Source: Polyangiaceae bacterium (GTDB lineage: Bacteria > Myxococcota_A > Polyangia > Polyangiales > Polyangiaceae). From it: a DNA stretch of 64,000 nucleotides. Every line of letters begins with the position of its first letter. Position 1 is the first letter of the stretch. Both the position numbers and the translations under genes were made by a program. The notes beneath the pieces are model-generated. The model worked only from the letters and a program-made list of their open reading frames with translations. It had not been told where the DNA came from and did not search any database. This document shows, one piece after another, positions 49,613-60,400 of the stretch. Where the stretch lies: contig JBNKBE010000020.1 of NCBI GenBank assembly GCA_050287085.1, positions 48,949-112,948 on the forward strand, read 5' to 3'.

Positions 49613-50905
49613 TCACGTGGCGCTCGGCCACGGTCCGGCTGACAGCCGACGGTCGATCTGTCGCATCAGGATCCGTTGCTCGCGGAGTGTTCCTCCGCGG
49701 GCAGCCGATCGGGCCGCATACTCCAGTGCCAGACCTGCTTCACCCCGCATCGCGTGAAGATGCGCCTGCACCGCAGACGGTAGATGCGACTTGGCAAGAG
49801 CAACGTGTCTCGCGGCGAACTCAGCAATCTGCAGGGCCGTGGTGACGTCTCCGGCATAAGCAAGCGCGACAGCCTGATTCAGACTCGCCACCGGTGAGCT
49901 CGTGGTCACAACGAGACGCTGGTACAAGCCAGCAATGAGAGACCAATCGGTGTCCTCAAAGGTCTCTGCAACACAGTGTTGTTCGGCGATCTGAGCTTCG
50001 ATGAAGAATCGGTCTGAAGCGCCTGCTGGTAGCACGACGGCGGCTTCGAGCAGTTCTTGCCCCTCCTGGATCGTCTTCCTATCCCAGTGCTCACGCGCTT
50101 GTCGGTCGATCGGAATGGTATCGCCGCTCTCGTCAACGCGGGTTGCTGCCCGCGCCAAGTGAAACCGCATGAGCGCCGCTAGACCGAGCGTATCGCGATT
50201 GACGATGCGCGCTTCGTCTCGCAACAAGTTCGCCAGATGCTCCGCCTCTCGGCACAGGTCAAGCTGCAAAGAGCCTCGGTCATCGACCCCGTGGAACCCC
50301 TCGTTGAACAGCAAGTAGATGACGGTATGGACGCTGTCCATCGCGCGCGGCAGGTGTTCAAGCTGGGGCAAGACGAAAGCATGGCCGCGCAGGCGCTCAC
50401 GCGAACGCGAGAGCCGCTTCTTCACGGTGTCAACCGGGATCAGAAGCGCCCGACTGATGGCCAACAAGGAGAAGCCACACAGCGTTCTCAAGATGAGCGG
50501 GATGCGGTTTTCTGGTGAGAGGCCGGCGCTGGCACACATGAAGATCATTCGCAACTGGTCGTCACGAATGCGCGCCGCAGTGAACTCCTGCTCAACCGTA
50601 TAGCGAAGGGTCCAATCGCTCTCGAGTTGCCATCGCAGGTCCTGAGCGTAACGCTCCTGAGTTCGGCTACGACGAATTACATCAATGGCCCGGTTGCGCG
50701 CCGCAGCCATCAGCCACGCCGCGGGCTCGTCTGGAACGCCGCTATGCTGCCACGTCGTCAGGGCGCGACGGAAGGCGTCTTGAAGTACGTCTTCCGCGAG
50801 TTCGAGCTGGTCCACCCCCAAGAGCCGCACCAACACCGCCAACAAGCGCGAAGCGTGAGCGCGATACAACTCGTCGAGCAGAGTCGGTAGATCGCCCTGG
50901 GACAT
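49613..50905 (-). CDS. ECF sigma-70 factor with long C-terminal TPR-like extension (ECF42/DUF6596-like)
   Basis: LAEDVLQDAF, P..PAAWL..AARNRAID, I.DDQLRMIF.C, YLLFNEG, QARE.WD, TDW..I..LY, LN.AVA. Confidence 0.9.
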   Translation of the reverse strand: MSQGDLPTLLDELYRAHASRLLAVLVRLLGVDQLELAEDVLQDAFRRALTTWQHSGVPDEPAAWLMAAARNRAIDVIRRSRTQERYAQDLRWQLESDWTLRYTVEQEFTAARIRDDQLRMIFMCASAGLSPENRIPLILRTLCGFSLLAISRALLIPVDTVKKRLSRSRERLRGHAFVLPQLEHLPRAMDSVHTVIYLLFNEGFHGVDDRGSLQLDLCREAEHLANLLRDEARIVNRDTLGLAALMRFHLARAATRVDESGDTIPIDRQAREHWDRKTIQEGQELLEAAVVLPAGASDRFFIEAQIAEQHCVAETFEDTDWSLIAGLYQRLVVTTSSPVASLNQAVALAYAGDVTTALQIAEFAARHVALAKSHLPSAVQAHLHAMRGEAGLALEYAARSAARGGTLREQRILMRQIDRRLSAGPWPSAT

Positions 50906-50975
50906 GAAGCCATTGTGCCGCCAGTAGACGCCTACCACCAGCATCAACCGTGGAAAGCGCGCCCCTCACTCTCGC

Positions 50976-52988
50976 TCAGTCGCTGATTGAGTTGCCATCC
51001 TGAACGGCTCGGGCCGCTTCGTAGTGTCGGCGTACCTCTTCGTCGCCCGAAACCGCGAGGGCAGTCGTGAGCAGTTTGACGGCACGGTCCAGATCGTCTG
51101 GCTGCCCCCGCTGCACCAAAGCCCAAGCCAAAGTATCCTGCACCGGCGCCAAATCCGGCTCCAACGCGAACGCTTGCTCGGCAATCGGCACAGCATCCTG
51201 CGCACGCCCAACTTCGGTGTAGAGGGCCGCAAGATTGTTCAGCACCTTCACGTCTCCTGGCAGCTCCGTCAGGAGCTGCTCGTAGTCGGCGATGGCAGAC
51301 GGCATGTCTTGCAACCGAATGAACGCTTCAGCCCGCTCAAGCCGAACCCCCAAGTTGCTCGGCTCTGCGGCTAGTCGCACGTTGAGCACCCCAAGTTCCA
51401 GCACCGTGTCGTTGCGCTTGCGAGCCTGCTCCGCGAGCGATCCAAGCAGCTCGGTCGTGGTGCTCAAAGCCGGCAGCGCCGCCAGTCCGCCGAGGCGCTC
51501 CTTGGCGGCGTCGAGTTGCCCATCTGCGATCAGAGCCTCCACGCTAAGAATGTGCAGCGCCGGACGATCGGGAAAGCGACTCATCAACAGCTGGCTCAGT
51601 TTCAGAGCTGCCGCGTACTTCTTCTGCCGAAGCAACTGCTGAATCGCTGCAGCACTCAGCTCTCCCTCCGCCCCCTGTGCGAGGAGATATTCGACGATCG
51701 ATTGGGTTGCGGCGGAGTCGGAACCGTCGTGAGTCAGTGCGAGAATCCAACTGCACAAGGCATCGCTGCGCTGGGTTGACGTCTCATCGAGCCACTGTCG
51801 AGCGGAGCGCACCGCTTCGGCGCGCCGGTCAAGCTCTAGCAGCGCGCGTATCTGGCTTGCACGGAGTCGACTATCGGTGAGCGTCTTGTCGGCGAGCTCC
51901 GCCAGCACCAAGTCGGGCTGTCCGCTTTGCAAGGCGGCTTCGGCATACCCTGCCAGGTAGTCGGCATTCTGCGGCTCAAGCGTGCGCAGCGCCTCGTACT
52001 GCGCCAGCGCCAGCGCAGGGCGCTTGGCTCCGAGTAGTGCCGCGGCCAGCGGCTGGCGGATAGCGCGCTCTTGCTCTGGGTCGCGGGTCGCCTCCAACGC
52101 GCGCGTCAAGAACTCGCTCGCCGCGCCGAAAGAGTTCTCCCGCAGATTGTATTCTCCGAAGAGCCGCTGCACCTCTGGCGCAGGATCACCCAGCGCTAGC
52201 TTCTCCAAGGCGCGATGGACCGTGGCTTGCTCGTTGAGCTCCAGACCCAAGCGCGCAAGTCTGAGGACAGCATCGCGTTCCAGCCCCTCAGCGGCGGCGC
52301 GAAATGCCAGCGCTCGAGCCAATTCTCGACTGCCGGTGGCAAACGCGGCCTGGGCCAGCAACAGAGCTCCACCCGGATCCTCGAGAGGTGCACTTTGCGC
52401 GGCTGCCAACGCCTTGAGAGCCGGGGCGGAGCCTGGGCCGTCAAGCTCCTGCTCGAGCCCAGCTTGTGCCAAATAGACTTCCGCCGGAAGGACCGCGCCT
52501 GGAAGCTGCTCAATCGCCTCTCGATATCGGGTGAGCAGCTCCAGCCCCGCCCTGCGGTCCTGCTCATTTGATACCAATACCGCGTTGAACAACAGACTCG
52601 GCAGGTCCATGGGCGTCTTTGACACCGCAGAAGCGGCCGTCTTTCGCGCCGCCGCCCAATCCCCCGCGAGCAACTCGGCGCGGGTCAGGGCTGCTAGATT
52701 GCGGGCGCTTGGCTCCAGCTCCACCGCGGATGAAAATGCGGCCACCGCAGGCCCGAAGCGTTTGAGCTCCGCAAGGGCAACGCCTCGAAGAAAGTGCGCC
52801 TCAGATGAAGCCTGCGTCCGCCCTTTCTCAAGGACAGATAGGGCCATTTCGGGATTCGTGAGCAAGACCCTACGAGCGACTTCGAGGTCCGCTTCCCGCT
52901 CTCCGCGACACCCCATGGCTGCGTGCAGCAGCACAAGGGCGACGAGGGGCCATCGTCGGAATTCGTTGGCGATACTGTTCCTTCCCAT
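50976..52988 (-). CDS. TPR-repeat lipoprotein (PrsT-like partner of an exosortase system)
   Basis: Lipobox AMGC, many TPRs, C-terminal LNNLA.LY...A...AE.A....P....DTLAW...G. Adjacent to exosortase and its substrate. Confidence 0.8.
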   Translation of the reverse strand: MGRNSIANEFRRWPLVALVLLHAAMGCRGEREADLEVARRVLLTNPEMALSVLEKGRTQASSEAHFLRGVALAELKRFGPAVAAFSSAVELEPSARNLAALTRAELLAGDWAAARKTAASAVSKTPMDLPSLLFNAVLVSNEQDRRAGLELLTRYREAIEQLPGAVLPAEVYLAQAGLEQELDGPGSAPALKALAAAQSAPLEDPGGALLLAQAAFATGSRELARALAFRAAAEGLERDAVLRLARLGLELNEQATVHRALEKLALGDPAPEVQRLFGEYNLRENSFGAASEFLTRALEATRDPEQERAIRQPLAAALLGAKRPALALAQYEALRTLEPQNADYLAGYAEAALQSGQPDLVLAELADKTLTDSRLRASQIRALLELDRRAEAVRSARQWLDETSTQRSDALCSWILALTHDGSDSAATQSIVEYLLAQGAEGELSAAAIQQLLRQKKYAAALKLSQLLMSRFPDRPALHILSVEALIADGQLDAAKERLGGLAALPALSTTTELLGSLAEQARKRNDTVLELGVLNVRLAAEPSNLGVRLERAEAFIRLQDMPSAIADYEQLLTELPGDVKVLNNLAALYTEVGRAQDAVPIAEQAFALEPDLAPVQDTLAWALVQRGQPDDLDRAVKLLTTALAVSGDEEVRRHYEAARAVQDGNSISD

Positions 52989-53131
52989 AGCCAGACGGTC
53001 TCCGGAACTTCGTTCAGAACGCAATCCCAATGCTGATACAAATACAGAAAGGCCACCCGGAGGCGGCCTTTCCACTTGTGCTCAGATCAAAGTCTGTGCG
53101 TTCGTCTGCTCATCCCCTCGCGAGTGACGTG

Positions 53132-53497
53132 TTAGCTCGCTGCGGCAACACCACGTCGGCGACGGTCCAGAAGGATCATGCCTGCGCCGAGCATGAGGGC
53201 CAGCGCCGTGGGTGCCAGAGAGCCGTCGAGCTCAGGAACCGCCGTGGGAGATCCGCTTCCTCCACCCGGAGTGCCGGGACCGGGGATCACTCCACCCCCC
53301 GAAGGCTTCTTGGGAAACCAGCAGCCGAAGCCGCCGCCGTAGGGGCTGAAGCCATGCGAAAAGTTGAAATAGTAGCTGAAGGTTGAAGGCTTCTGGGGGC
53401 CGTACATGACACCCGCCATGGCGTCGGTGCCGAACGCAACCATCGCCCCAGCAAACAACAAGACATTGAGCTTTTTGACCAGTGAACGCATCTTCAT
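53132..53497 (-). CDS. VPEID-CTERM sorting-domain protein (exosortase E substrate)
   Basis: Signal peptide, short aromatic/Gly-rich body, then AVPELDG-TM helix-DRRRR. Confidence 0.85.
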   Translation of the reverse strand: MKMRSLVKKLNVLLFAGAMVAFGTDAMAGVMYGPQKPSTFSYYFNFSHGFSPYGGGFGCWFPKKPSGGGVIPGPGTPGGGSGSPTAVPELDGSLAPTALALMLGAGMILLDRRRRGVAAAS

Positions 53498-53824
53498 AAC
53501 TCGGGAGCTAGAGGGAAACCGCATCGAAGCCTGCAGCCATCGACCGCAGGTTCGGAGCCTTTCACACACCTCTACGCTTTGCACGCGGATTTGCTTGCCT
53601 AGAGAGAGATTTGCGGGGGTGTGCGCAGAATCTGGCGAGGTGTAGACACGATTTCTCCCGGGGCTTTCATCTCCGCTCTCTAATTTCCACTCGTGCCGCA
53701 TGCGCTGAGGAGCCAGTCGCACCTGTCGTCGTGGATCGGCGCAGTGGCCGTCGTAAAACGACACATAGCGCGGAAGTGAACAAGGCGCGCACCTCGACCG
53801 AGAACGGGGACTGGCAGCGCAGCG

Positions 53825-55399
53825 CTACCACTCCGACAAGTCCCCCGTCGTGAGAGCCCAAAGCGAAATCACTGCGTTGGCGGCGACGTGGGCGGCTAAC
53901 GCGTCTGCGAAGCGGCCGCGGCGTATCTGGGCGACGGCAAAGACAAGACCCGCAAGACCCGCTGCCAGCCAACGGGCATGGAGAACGCCGAACAAGAGGG
54001 ACGAAACCAACACGCTAAGAAGCGTCCAACGCCGGAATGGAACCGCCTCAAAATCCGACGACTGCAAGCGACGCAGAACAAACCCGCGAAAGGCGAGTTC
54101 TTCCGCGAGCGGTACCACAAGCGTGGAGCCCAGAGCCCGAATGGCAAGCCAGGCGCCGCTCAGCTCGGGCTTCACCGGCACCATCTCAGGGGTCGGACGC
54201 ACCACCAACCACAAGACGCCCACCACGCCCCCCGAAAGCCACCCAAACCACCCGGGACGAGCCAGCAGTGCCGAGTAGTGCTGGCGGTAAGCCAGCAACA
54301 CGGCCAGGGCGATGGCGATCCGCAGTCCGTAATATGGGTCGTGCCCCGCAGCAAACAATCCCGTCAACTGAGACACCGTAAGCAAGCCAAGCAGGGGCAG
54401 AAGATAGGCTGCCGTCGCGTTGCCTCGAAACACTGCGGCTGGACGACCGCGCGTCTGAGCGAAGAGCGGAACACGTTGACCGAGATAAGCCATACCCAGC
54501 GTGGCAGCACAGAAGTAGATCCATCCAAGCTTGGAGTGGAACGCCCCTAGCGCCAAGGTAGGGCTTATCTCGATCGCTACCACCATCAGCGTCGCAATAC
54601 GAAAGGCGTTTGCCAGCCACACACCCAAGATTCCGAGCGGCACCATCAAGAGCGCGTTGGGAAAGCGCAGTTCGCGTCGGAACACCCACAGGTAAGCCGG
54701 TATCAGCACGGCCGCCAAGCCAACCCCCTCAATGCCGCTACACGGTGTATCGACCCATACGTCAAATCCGCCCGCCCCCAGAAGCGACGCGTCGGGATCC
54801 ATGGTTACGTCGTCGTAGAATAGGCGGAGCAAGGCGGCTGACACGAAAAGCGTGGCCCATAGAGCGTCGGCGCCATGAGCCTGAGCCCACATGCCGAACT
54901 CGATCGACACCATTGCGATGAGGACGGCAACACCTGCAACCGCCAGCGTACGCCGAGCAAAGAAGCGCCCGCCGAGAACAGCTCTCAGCAGCAGCAGCGT
55001 ACTCGCAGCTCCGGACGCGCCCCAAAGGGCCAGCCACCCGTCAGGGGGGCCCCAGGGTGGCTCCTCGCTGCCGAGGATAAGCCCGGTCAGGCCCAAGAAG
55101 ACGAGGTAGCCTGCCGCATGCGCGAGCACCCAGCCCCGCTCCAAGGACTGCGCTCGAACCGGCGCGCGTCCACGCGCCGCAACCCCGATACCGATCAGAA
55201 AGGCCACAAGCGCTACGACAGCCACGTCGCGGACGGGGCGCATGTGTTCCCAATCTCCACCGCGCTGAAGGGCAGGGCGTAGGTCAAATGCGAAAGCTAT
55301 TACCAAGTACTCGAGCACCAGCGCGGTAGCGACCAGCAGCGGACGGAAGCTCCAGTGCTGGCGACCCAGCGGTGCGGATGGTTTTCGTTCTTTATGCAT
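53825..55399 (-). CDS. xrtE: Exosortase E / CAAX-protease (Abi) fusion, VPEID-CTERM system
   Basis: Exosortase motifs PCSGIEG, N..RI and AFHS, followed by Abi motifs VVPLAEELAFRG, FG.LH and AH..AN. Confidence 0.9.
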   Translation of the reverse strand: MHKERKPSAPLGRQHWSFRPLLVATALVLEYLVIAFAFDLRPALQRGGDWEHMRPVRDVAVVALVAFLIGIGVAARGRAPVRAQSLERGWVLAHAAGYLVFLGLTGLILGSEEPPWGPPDGWLALWGASGAASTLLLLRAVLGGRFFARRTLAVAGVAVLIAMVSIEFGMWAQAHGADALWATLFVSAALLRLFYDDVTMDPDASLLGAGGFDVWVDTPCSGIEGVGLAAVLIPAYLWVFRRELRFPNALLMVPLGILGVWLANAFRIATLMVVAIEISPTLALGAFHSKLGWIYFCAATLGMAYLGQRVPLFAQTRGRPAAVFRGNATAAYLLPLLGLLTVSQLTGLFAAGHDPYYGLRIAIALAVLLAYRQHYSALLARPGWFGWLSGGVVGVLWLVVRPTPEMVPVKPELSGAWLAIRALGSTLVVPLAEELAFRGFVLRRLQSSDFEAVPFRRWTLLSVLVSSLLFGVLHARWLAAGLAGLVFAVAQIRRGRFADALAAHVAANAVISLWALTTGDLSEW

Positions 55400-55443
55400 G
55401 GGGGGTCTCGGGTCCAGGTCGCAACGCTACGCGGCAGCAATCG

Positions 55444-56337
55444 CTAGTGCGAAGCGCACAGCGCGCGGAGGCCCCGGGCCAGTTGAGCCCAGACGCAAGC
55501 CACACGTGGCGTCTGCCGAATGGCCTCATGGGCCGTGAGCCACACGGGAAGCTTGGGTAGGGCGAGCTCCAGCTGGAGCTCCACCAGTTCCGGATCAGCT
55601 TGGCCTACGATGCGTTGCCCAAAGCCGATACCCGCTCCCGCGCGGACCAACGCCCAGTAGGCGGCCTCATTATCGCAACGCACCTTGAACCACTCGTGGG
55701 GACGCGCAAAGCCGAGACGAGCAAATCCCTCGGCGATGGCCTTTCCCCGATCGAGACCCACCACGTCGTGGTCTTGTAAGTCCGCTGGCCTGCGCGGGAG
55801 GCCCCGCGCCTCGACGTAGGAGCGTGCGGCAAAGGCTCCCAGCTCGAGGTCCCCAAGATGCTGGGTAATCAGACCCAGCTGCTGAGGTCGGTACATGCGA
55901 ACCGCAATATCTGCCTGACGGAAGTGCAAGTTGGAGCTCTCGTCGCTTGGATCCAACTCAATGGCGAGGGTGGGATAGCGACGCCGCAAAGTCACGATGA
56001 TCGGCGGCAGGTGGTGAGTGGCCACCGCCACACTGGCGGTGATACGAACCGTGCCATCAAGCTGCTCGTGGCTGCCCGCCGCGCCAAGCTCCATTTCGTG
56101 CACGGCCTCCCTCATGAGGCGCGCCGGCCGCAGCAATGCGGCGCCCGCCTCGGTAAGGGCCAACCCCTTATCGTGCCGCCTGAACAGCTCGGCTCCAAGC
56201 TGCTGTTCCATCGCCTTGACTTTGCGTCCGATCGTCGGTTGCGTAACCCCCAACTCGCGAGCCGCCGCCGACAAGCTGCCGTGCTCAGCAACGGCGAGGA
56301 AGGCCTGCGCCAACGACCAATCTAGACTCGCACCCAT
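55444..56337 (-). CDS. LysR-family transcriptional regulator
   Basis: DW....FLAVAEHGSLSAAARELGVTQPTIGR, LF.R, LTEAG, G.VRITAS, ADIAVR. Confidence 0.95.
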   Translation of the reverse strand: MGASLDWSLAQAFLAVAEHGSLSAAARELGVTQPTIGRKVKAMEQQLGAELFRRHDKGLALTEAGAALLRPARLMREAVHEMELGAAGSHEQLDGTVRITASVAVATHHLPPIIVTLRRRYPTLAIELDPSDESSNLHFRQADIAVRMYRPQQLGLITQHLGDLELGAFAARSYVEARGLPRRPADLQDHDVVGLDRGKAIAEGFARLGFARPHEWFKVRCDNEAAYWALVRAGAGIGFGQRIVGQADPELVELQLELALPKLPVWLTAHEAIRQTPRVACVWAQLARGLRALCASH

Positions 56338-56340
56338 GCC

Positions 56341-56380
56341 CATTCGATTTCGAATACCCTTCATACGAACTTCGGGAATG
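56341..56380. promoter_or_regulatory. Putative LysR binding region between divergent genes
   Basis: AT-rich dyad ATTCGATTTCGAAT and a related CATACG...GAATG box right at the lysR start. Confidence 0.4.
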
Positions 56381-56468
56381 TCGCGCCACCACTGAAGGGC
56401 CCATCCTAGGCGGAAGAGAATTGCGCCGGGACGAATCGGAGCGGGGCGCCGACAAAAAGGAGTGAGAA

Positions 56469-57371
56469 GTGTCGAAAAGCGTATTAATATTGGGCAGTTC
56501 TGGGAAGCTCGGCAGCCACAGCGCGGACGCCTTTGCCGCCGCTGGCTGGAGCGTCAAACGCTACGACCGCAAGGCGGGCAATATGAACGCGGCGGCCCAA
56601 GACGTGGACGTCATCGTCAATGGGCAGAACCCTCCAGCGTACCACGACTGGGCAAAGCTCATTCCAGCCATCACGAGCGAGGTCATTGCCGCGGCGCGGA
56701 TGAACAACGCGACGGTCATCATTCCGGGCAACGTCTACAACATCGGCCCCGCAGGAGGCGAGTGGTCTGAACTCACGCCCCATCGCCCCAATACCCGCAA
56801 GGGGCAGATCCGGGAAGAGATGGAGCGCAGCTATGAGGCGAGCGGGGTGCAAACGATTGTGCTGCGCGCCGGCAACTTCATCGACCCCCACCGAACGGAC
56901 GACGTAATGGGCCTGTTGCACCTTCGCGCGTTGGCCCGCGGCAAAGTGATCACAGCGGGCGCGAGCGACGCGCTTCAAGCCTATTGCTACCTGCCCGACT
57001 GGGCCGCGGCGGCCGTGGGCCTGGCGGAAAGGCGTGGTACATTGTCTCAGTTTGAAGACGTGCCGTTTCCTGGGCATGCCTTCACCGCTGAGCAGTTGAG
57101 GGAATTTGTCTCCAACGAGCTCGCCCGCCCCATGGCGCTGGCGCCCTTTCCGTGGTGGGTCATGCGCCTGGCGGCTCCGTTCTGGGAGCTGGCGCGCGAG
57201 ATGCTTGAAATGCGATACCTCTACAGCACCCCACACCGACTGTCCCCGGTCAAGCTCGCCCGCCTCCTACCCGACTTTCGCGCGACGCCCCTCGACGTGG
57301 TCTTGCGCAGCAGCTTGCCGCCTGAGCTGCTCAAAAGCTCGACGGCTCAGCTGCGAACTCAGGCCGGATGA
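56469..57371 (+). CDS. NAD-dependent epimerase/dehydratase-family (atypical SDR) protein
   Basis: AAGGAG RBS, VLILGSSGKLG, NPP.Y..W, PGNVYN, P.T.KG.IR..ME, LRAGNF, YLPD.A. Confidence 0.85.
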   Translation: MSKSVLILGSSGKLGSHSADAFAAAGWSVKRYDRKAGNMNAAAQDVDVIVNGQNPPAYHDWAKLIPAITSEVIAAARMNNATVIIPGNVYNIGPAGGEWSELTPHRPNTRKGQIREEMERSYEASGVQTIVLRAGNFIDPHRTDDVMGLLHLRALARGKVITAGASDALQAYCYLPDWAAAAVGLAERRGTLSQFEDVPFPGHAFTAEQLREFVSNELARPMALAPFPWWVMRLAAPFWELAREMLEMRYLYSTPHRLSPVKLARLLPDFRATPLDVVLRSSLPPELLKSSTAQLRTQAG

Positions 57372-57424
57372 AGCGTCAGCGCCTTCTTTGCGACGCGTCC
57401 CCGCAAAGAAAGCGCTGACGGCTT
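57371..57424. terminator. Long hairpin between convergent genes (bidirectional terminator candidate)
   Basis: CGTCAGCGC-C-TTCTTTGCG...CGCAAAGAA-A-GCGCTGACG fills the gap between two stop codons. Confidence 0.7.
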
Positions 57425-57425
57425 C

Positions 57426-60400
57426 CTATAGGTGAACCTCAAATACGGTCGTGGTACCGCTCACCTCATTGGCCACGAGCAGAAGAGGCGTACCCGTTGG
57501 ACTGACCTCGGCGGGTACAAACTTCAAGCCTTCCGGGCCGAGATCGCCTGCCGCTTCACTCTCGGCGTCGGCTGCGAAGTTACGCGGGTTGACCCATGCC
57601 ACGTATTGGGGCGCGCTCGGCTCGGTGATGTCGAGCACAACCACACCTCCAACCCGTTCGAGTCCCACGAACGCATAGCTCTTGTCTCCAACGGTCCCGA
57701 CAACCACGGACTCGGGCTCGGGCCCCTTGGCGTCGCTGCGAGAGTCGAAAGACTGGTTGTCGTCATTGTCCGAGTTGAATCCGTTGGGCTCCTCTTCCCT
57801 CGCTATCGCCTCGAATAGATCACCGCTGTCCCAGACGAGATTGCCAAACGCATCCCAAAGGGTCACCGAACGCGCGCCGTAAGCATAAATGCGGTCATAG
57901 TCGCCATCACCGTCCAGATCTCCATCGAGCATAGAACACTGCAGGCGCCCAAGTTGCTCGTCCTGAAGCAGCGTCGCCTCACCAGGAAAGACGCCGTCGT
58001 CAAGATCCAGATCAGCAAGACGGCTCTCGTCATAGTCGCGGCTATCACCCTCGTTGGCCGAGAGATAATACGTGCGACCGTCTGCCGCCCGATAGCTCGC
58101 GACTCCATCCGGCATGTATTGGCCGTATACGTTCCAGTCCTGCAGATGGACTTCGTCGTCTTTGTCCGACGCGTCCAGGGAGTACCCTCCTTCAAACGAG
58201 ACGATGCCCAGCACTTCCTCCGTATGCTCGGTAGCCAAGACGATAGTTCCGTCTCCGGGCAGAGCCTCGGGCGCTAGACCGAAGTCATTGTCGTTGAGCA
58301 GGGCGATTCGCCCGTCATCCATCAGGGCCAACCCTTCCAGCTTGTCGCCCGCTACATAACCGAGAGAAGGTGGGTTGAAGAGCTTGAGCTTGTTCACCGG
58401 ACGAATCCCCTCCGCGGCGAGCTGCTCAGGACTGTGCTGTTCTAGCGTTCCCCCAGCAAATTCGCCGGCGAGCACGTCGCTTGCGCCCTTCAGGTCGACT
58501 TCGAATACCGACTTCTTCGCGGTGGGTTCAAAGGAAGAATCTCGCTCAACGACAAGGAACTTGCCATCACCCACGTAGGTCGCATCTCCAATCTTGTCGA
58601 CCTTGCTCTGACGTAGCGAGGGCGCTTCGAGCAGGTAAACATACTCGTGGACGGGTTGCCCGAACGTGGAATGTGTCTTGTCGGCGTCGATACCCAGCAT
58701 ACGGATGACCGAGGACGCATCGGAAGCGGCCCGATCGGGATTCGCAAGCGGAGTCTGTATGAACGCGTAGACGACCTGGTTGTCGGTATCGAGCGCGATC
58801 GCTTCGAAGCCACGGTTGGCTCGCCGGTTCCGGTATTGCGCCGGAAGGGTTTCCGTTCCGTAGGCGCCCGCGGCTGGACTACCAAGCGCCGCAGCGGCCG
58901 TGCCCGCGGGAACGAAACGACTCAGCATGACGCCATCAGCCTGGAAGTTGTAGATGGCCGGGCGGTACTCGTCACAAAGCCAGAACGAGTCGTCGGTGGG
59001 GTCGATCAGCAGACCTTCAAAATCACCTCCAAACGCGTCGTAGGGCAGGGCATGGCCCTCAGCATCCACCGGAAACTCGCTTGAATCGAGCTGCGGATCG
59101 TTGGGGCGTCCGCTTATCGGGGTCACCCCGTCCGGCCTCATCAGGGGGATGTCTCCCGCCTCGTCGACGACGAGCGTTTCGGCCTCTTCGTCGAGCACCA
59201 AACGCCGAATGACCGCCGCGTAGCCCGGCAATACGTGGGGACGTTCATCGCCGTCGTGTGTTGTGTTGATATCACTCGGATCGCCGTTGGGACCCCGGTC
59301 TGGAATGGTGTAGAAGATCTTGCGGCTTTCCGTGCTCTCGGATGCGGAAAACCACAGACCCGAGAAGCCACCCAGCAAGATGTCTTGCCCCGTCGCAGCC
59401 CCGGTTGGGGTGACAGTGCCGAGCACGGGACGCTCGGTGACGGTGAAGGTCTTCAGCACGGGACGGCCACGCGCATGATCCTTCAGCCCCAGGGGCACGA
59501 TGTCGACGATGCTCGCGGCACTCAGATCCTCGGGCAGCGCTACCACGGCAAAGGCGTTGTTTTCCTGGAGCGATACAAACGCCTGTGTGCCATCGGGCGA
59601 AACGGCCACGTACTCAGGTTCCAGATCTCCGCTGACGGTGATCTCTCCGGTCCCATCAGCAAAGAAGTCAGACGCGAGATTCGGAATACGAACCCCTTTG
59701 GCTCGCAGCTCCTCAATGCGAGCGTCGAACGCTCCAAAGCCTAGGTCGTACGCAAGCGGCGCCTCCGGCATGGAAACGTCGACGATCGTGATGGACCCCG
59801 GGGCGTCCGACAGGATTCGGTCGTTGTCGTCCCGGGCTTGCTCCCCTTCGCAGGCGACGACAACAGCGCTACGGCCTGCGACGAAGGTCAACATGTCCGG
59901 AAGTACCCCCACCACGACGCTGGAGACGAACTCCAGCGTTGTGGCATCGTAGAAAGCGACGCGACCTGCTGCCGTCGCATCTTTGGCAGCAACGGCAACA
60001 GCAACCAGCTCACCCCCCACCGCAACACTCGTCGTCACGTCCGCCGCAAAATCTCCGATGTCGGCAGCCGGATCGAGGGTCGCGCTCGCGGAGAGCGCTC
60101 CGCTCTGGCTCATTGTTAGCACGCGCACGTGGGCTGCGTTCGCATCGACCACAAATACGTGTCGCGACGACGCATGAAAGTCGACAATCTCGGCGGCCCC
60201 CTCGTCGAATACGCCGGAGCGGTCCACCGCCAGAAAGCGAAGCACTCCGTCGCTGGGGTAGGCTGAGTAGTCGGGCGCGTCGCCTGCGTCCGGATTCGAA
60301 ACACCGGCGTCCATCATCGCAGCATCGTCGTCCGCGCTCGCAGCGTCGTCGTCCGCGCCCGCAGCGTCATCGTCCGCGCTCGCGCCGTCGTCGTCCGCGC

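Noticed and set aside
53580..53605. Sigma54 promoter for the VPEID-CTERM gene (minus strand AGGCAAGCAAATCCGC)
   Set aside because: GG-to-GC spacing is 11 rather than the required 10.
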